Position numbers and translations under genes: made by a program. A DNA stretch of 11,898 nt from an uncultured Aquificales bacterium (lineage in GTDB: Bacteria > Thermosulfidibacterota > Thermosulfidibacteria > Thermosulfidibacterales > Thermosulfidibacteraceae): the NCBI GenBank assembly GCA_964453345.1, contig CAYVOC010000043.1, forward strand, positions 1 through 11,898, given 5' to 3'. Under the pieces are notes generated by a model. It was not told where the DNA came from, did no database searches, and saw only the letters and a list, made by a program, of their open reading frames with translations. Positions 8,976 to 11,898 of this stretch are shown here, piece by piece (position 1 is the first letter of the stretch; each line of letters starts with the position of its first letter).

Positions 8976-9525
8976 CCCTCCTGAGCCTCAGCTCCTTCTC
9001 CCGGAAGAAAAAGTCTAAAGACTCGTAAACAGCAGACGTGAGCCTCACGGACCCCTGGGCCTCGCAGAGCCTTCCCACCATACCCCTTATGCGGGAAAGC
9101 ATATCCCGGGGCCAGTCGGCGCACTCCGCAACCTCAACATCAATAGTGGGCCTGCCAAAGTGCCTGTTCAAATTGTCAAAACCCGCCTTCAGCTCAGAGA
9201 ATCTGGCATCACAGCTCACAAGAAGATCGGCTCCCCCGCAAGCCGCAAGGATATAGTGGATGCCCAAGGAAAGCTCTCCATAACCTATGACCTTGTTATA
9301 GACATATTTCTTTGCAAACTCTACCAGATCATTCTCAATCCTCAGACAGACGGGATTCAACTCCTTCAAAAGCTGGGCGCTCCAGGTCCTCCAGGGTTCA
9401 TCAAGATTGTGAATCTCTGCAATCACGAGATCAGACACCACAAACCCCTCTTTAAGCCTTCCCTCGGCGGCCTCATCCTTGCAGGCTGCAAGGACAAAAG
9501 AAGTCTCCGCATAAAACATACTCAC
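8950..9525 (-). CDS. PIN-domain-like (VapC-like) protein with degenerate active site and ~55-aa C-terminal extension
   Basis: FYAETS (cf. YxDTS), VVSDLVIAEI, FAKKY, LGIHYILA (cf. DAxHxAxA), LLVSCD, N...G.P.I follow PIN motif order and spacing. ATGA overlap with the upstream gene. Confidence 0.6.
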   Translation of the reverse strand: MSMFYAETSFVLAACKDEAAEGRLKEGFVVSDLVIAEIHNLDEPWRTWSAQLLKELNPVCLRIENDLVEFAKKYVYNKVIGYGELSLGIHYILAACGGADLLVSCDARFSELKAGFDNLNRHFGRPTIDVEVAECADWPRDMLSRIRGMVGRLCEAQGSVRLTSAVYESLDFFFREKELRLRRVARLAGGD

Positions 9526-10067
9526 TTCCTCCTTGAAAAACCGTAGGATCCAACAACCCTAAAATCCGCCACATACTCGCCCGTAACCGGAATATAGGCC
9601 AAGGGATTAAGAGAAGAGACGCTCTCCTCAACCCCCTCGCTCACATAGACAGCCACAACCTCGCCCACAAAAAGGGTGTGGACGCCGAGCGCAAGCCTAT
9701 TAACCACCTTACACTCTATGTTCACAGGACACTCCCTGATCAGCGGAACCCCCGTGATCTCCCCCTTAAAGGGGGTAAATCCGCACATCTCAAACTTATC
9801 CACCTCCCTGCCGCTGACAGTGCCACACATATCAACCTTTTCCGCCATATCGGCGCTTGGCACATTCACCCCGAAAACGCCGTCCTTCTCTATAAGCTCA
9901 TAGGAAAACCTCTTTGGCCTTATAGAAACGCCAATCTGAGGGGGAGAGGAGCATAGAACGCCGCACCAGGCAACGGTGATAATATTGGGCCTATCAAGCC
10001 CGCAGCTGACAAGCACACAAGGGGTTGGATAAAGATAAGACTCCTGAGGGCCAAGTCTTCTCTTCAT
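9522..10067 (-). CDS. Flavin reductase family protein (flavoredoxin-like, FMN-binding split barrel)
   Basis: LYPTPCVLVSC, NIITVAW, SPP, RFSYELI, CGTVSGREVDKF, PLIRECPVNIECKV, GVHTLFVGEVV. GGAGG 6 nt before ATG. Confidence 0.9.
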   Translation of the reverse strand: MKRRLGPQESYLYPTPCVLVSCGLDRPNIITVAWCGVLCSSPPQIGVSIRPKRFSYELIEKDGVFGVNVPSADMAEKVDMCGTVSGREVDKFEMCGFTPFKGEITGVPLIRECPVNIECKVVNRLALGVHTLFVGEVVAVYVSEGVEESVSSLNPLAYIPVTGEYVADFRVVGSYGFSRRK

Positions 10068-10107
10068 CCCTTGCCTCCAAACAGATCTTCAGATATTCCT
10101 TACCTTC

Positions 10108-10114
10108 AGGAGGT
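10108..10114 (+). promoter_or_regulatory. Shine-Dalgarno sequence of the M20 gene
   Basis: AGGAGGT 5 nt upstream of ATG 10120. Confidence 0.8.
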
Positions 10115-10119
10115 AGAGT

Positions 10120-11190
10120 ATGGAAAGATACCTGATAAATCAACTGCTGAACCTCATATCAATTCCCAGCGTGACCGGACAGGAGGGCGAGATCCTCTTC
10201 TACCTTGAGGAAGCCCTCACCTCGGAAGAGGTGGAATTCGAAAGGCAAAGAATCGAGGGAAGCTGGTATAACCTGCTCGTGGGCGAAACGGAAAATCCAA
10301 AATACGTGATAGCGGCCCACGTTGACACGGTTCCCCCTGTTGACGGAAGCCCTCCCAAACCTGTGGTTGACGGAGACTACATAAAGGGGCTGGGATCGGC
10401 AGACGACAAAGCGGGCGTGGCGGTCATGTATACCCTGGCGACAGAATTCTCCGAAACCCTAAAGGAAAAGGGGGTGCTCCTCGCCTTTTTAGTGGACGAA
10501 GAAAAAACAGGCTTGGGATCCTGGACCTTGGTCCAGAACCTGAAAGCCGAAGGGGCCATAATCTTAGAGCCCACAAACCTGAAGATCTGCTCCTTTGAAG
10601 CGGGATCTGTGGAGCTTGTCATAGAGGTTGAAGGGCGTGCAGCCCACGGATCCTGCGTGGAAGAAGGAGAAAACAGCATCCACAAGGCGCTTGAAATAAT
10701 AGATGGATTCAAAAATCTATCCTTCCTCAACAGGCCCTACCCCGGCATAGGCAAAAGCACCTACAGCATAATGTCCATAAACAGCGGGGATTTTGAACTG
10801 AGAATACCCCAAAAGTGCAGCTTCATGGTGGATTTCAGGCTGAACCCCGATCAGAACACAGAAAAAGTGGTTGCAGAACTCACAGACTACTTAGAAAAAC
10901 ACAAGGCCAAATACAGATTCATAGACATATCCCCGGGCTTCATTATCGAAGAAAACTGCCGCATCCTGAAGCTTCTAAAAGAGGCCTTCCAGCAGGCCCT
11001 TGCCCAGCCCCCGATGGTGGGCGGCATGAAGAGCTGGACCGACGCAGAGCACTTCGTAAGAAAGGGGATCCCCGCCGTCATCTTCGGCCCCGGAGAACTA
11101 TGGATCTGCCACACCCCCGAGGAAAAGGTTCCCATTCAGCAGGTCATAGACTGCTACCGTGTCCTCAAAAGATTCATTGAGCTAATCTAA
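10120..11190 (+). CDS. M20 family metallo-amidohydrolase (ArgE/DapE-like)
   Basis: IPSVTGQE, AHVDTV, GSADDKAG, DEE, LEPT, GRAAHGS, WTDA, FGPG and CHTPEE: all metal ligands present. The substrate cannot be assigned from sequence. Confidence 0.9.
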   Translation: MERYLINQLLNLISIPSVTGQEGEILFYLEEALTSEEVEFERQRIEGSWYNLLVGETENPKYVIAAHVDTVPPVDGSPPKPVVDGDYIKGLGSADDKAGVAVMYTLATEFSETLKEKGVLLAFLVDEEKTGLGSWTLVQNLKAEGAIILEPTNLKICSFEAGSVELVIEVEGRAAHGSCVEEGENSIHKALEIIDGFKNLSFLNRPYPGIGKSTYSIMSINSGDFELRIPQKCSFMVDFRLNPDQNTEKVVAELTDYLEKHKAKYRFIDISPGFIIEENCRILKLLKEAFQQALAQPPMVGGMKSWTDAEHFVRKGIPAVIFGPGELWICHTPEEKVPIQQVIDCYRVLKRFIELI

Positions 11191-11201
11191 CTTCAACCCG
11201 A

Positions 11202-11219
11202 TCCACTTTACTAAGTGGA
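11202..11219. terminator. Short hairpin between the convergent M20 and relE genes (possible terminator)
   Basis: TCCACTT-tact-AAGTGGA, a perfect 7-bp stem 11 nt after the M20 stop. No U-tract on either strand. Confidence 0.3.
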
Positions 11220-11295
11220 AAGCGCAAACATCTGTAGAGGGCACCAAACAACAGCGATGTTTGGGACACCATCCTATCTCTATTTCCCAACATTC

Positions 11296-11553
11296 CTACT
11301 CCTTATAGGCATCTTTTCTCCACAGGATATGGTGAATCAGCAATATTTTCTTCTCATCATCTATGGTGGTGAGTATTCTTAACTTGCCAAGCCTGTATCT
11401 CCACATCCCTTTAAGTCCACCCTTCAAAGCTCCACCTTTAGATCTCGGGGATTCAGCTACTTTTTCAAGAAAAGAGACAACTCTCTCAGCAAGCTTCAGA
11501 TCAAGAGCATCCAATTCTTTAGCAGCCGTTCTGGTAAAAATTATTTCATACAA
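11296..11553 (-). CDS. Type II toxin, RelE/StbE (RelE/ParE superfamily)
   Basis: YEIIFTRTAAKELDALD...RV..FL...PRSKGGALKGGLKGMWRYRLGKLRIL...RKDAY; 85 aa, basic. TTG start overlaps the antitoxin stop by 13 bp. Confidence 0.9.
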   Translation of the reverse strand: MYEIIFTRTAAKELDALDLKLAERVVSFLEKVAESPRSKGGALKGGLKGMWRYRLGKLRILTTIDDEKKILLIHHILWRKDAYKE

Positions 11554-11792
11554 CCCTTCTTTCTCTCCTCAAGACGTTTCTTAATTTCCTCAAAAGGCAC
11601 AAGCTCCTCCTCTCCCAAAGCCACTCTTTCCATGCTTCTCTGTAGTAAAAAAACTTCCTCTAAGTCATCAAGATACTTCCTTAGAGCCTCTTTAACAAAA
11701 AAAGCTTTAGATCTCTTAGTTTGACGAGCCAACCTATCCAATCTTTCGTAATCCTTCTCATCAAGGTTTATCGTAAACACCCTGTATCCCAT
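11541..11792 (-). CDS. Ribbon-helix-helix (CopG/RelB-like) antitoxin, 83 aa
   Basis: MGYRVFTINLDEKDYERLDRLARQTKRSKAFFVKEALRKYLDDLEE...VPFEEIKKRL. ATG 11792 follows GAGGAGG. The track's longer start (11855) runs through the promoter. Confidence 0.88.
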   Translation of the reverse strand: MGYRVFTINLDEKDYERLDRLARQTKRSKAFFVKEALRKYLDDLEEVFLLQRSMERVALGEEELVPFEEIKKRLEERKKGCMK

Positions 11793-11802
11793 TGCTTCCT
11801 CC

Positions 11803-11849
11803 TCAACTGCTTTGCCAATATAATATATTACATCAACGTGCTTTGTCAA
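11803..11849. repeat. Imperfect direct repeat flanking a palindrome (candidate TA operator)
   Basis: TCAAC-TGCTTTGCCAA (11803-11818) and TCAACGTGCTTTGTCAA (11833-11849) flank the perfect palindrome TAATATATTA (11821-11830). Confidence 0.6.
11820..11849 (-). promoter_or_regulatory. Sigma70-type promoter of the TA operon
   Basis: Perfect TTGACA (11849-11844) with TATATT at 16-bp spacing or TATTAT at 18-bp spacing, about 30 nt upstream of the antitoxin ATG. Confidence 0.75.
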
Positions 11850-11898
11850 ATTCAAAAGAGAAGCTGTTCGAAAAATCTTGAGAGGGGGTTGAGCCGGA

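Noticed and set aside
11818-11833. NrdR-box-like palindrome (ataTAATATATTAcat)
   Set aside because: Lacks the conserved C and G of the NrdR box (acaCwAtATaTwGtgt); better explained as the TA -10/operator.
11793-11855. Longer antitoxin start given by the ORF track
   Set aside because: It spans the TTGACA/TATATT promoter; ATG 11792 has a strong SD and starts the RHH strand.
11257-11876. Imperfect inverted repeat flanking the TA module (11257-11273 vs 11860-11876, 12/17 match)
   Set aside because: A match this weak is expected by chance when comparing two intergenic regions, and no target duplication is evident.
1-11898. CRISPR arrays, tRNA/rRNA genes, integrases, transposases
   Set aside because: None seen; coding sequence fills nearly the whole window and the short gaps show no such pattern.

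Overview
Gene-dense bacterial window (sampled 60-base lines about 50-60% GC, falling to about 32-40% after ~11.2 kb). It has four parts. (1) A 9-gene minus-strand run with almost every junction overlapping (7208 to <1): degenerate P-II-like gene, rpiB, glyA, dCMP deaminase, nrdR, KtrB/TrkH K+ transporter, DUF21-CBS-CorC protein, agmatinase speB, and a TIGR01212/YhcC-type radical SAM gene that the ORF track missed because it runs off the left edge. (2) A divergent, isolated cobU/cobP. (3) A 4-gene overlapping minus-strand unit: flavin reductase, PIN-like protein, J-domain-like protein, patatin. (4) An M20 amidohydrolase, then an AT-rich RHH antitoxin/RelE toxin module with a strong promoter and a direct repeat. 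The most unusual signal is three intact ORFs that keep a recognisable family fold but have lost its signature residues: a P-II without the T-loop and B-loop motifs, a J-domain without HPD, and a PIN domain missing a catalytic Asp and carrying an extra C-terminal segment. The last two are coupled to a motif-complete patatin. All family calls come from recognising motifs by eye; no database search was run.
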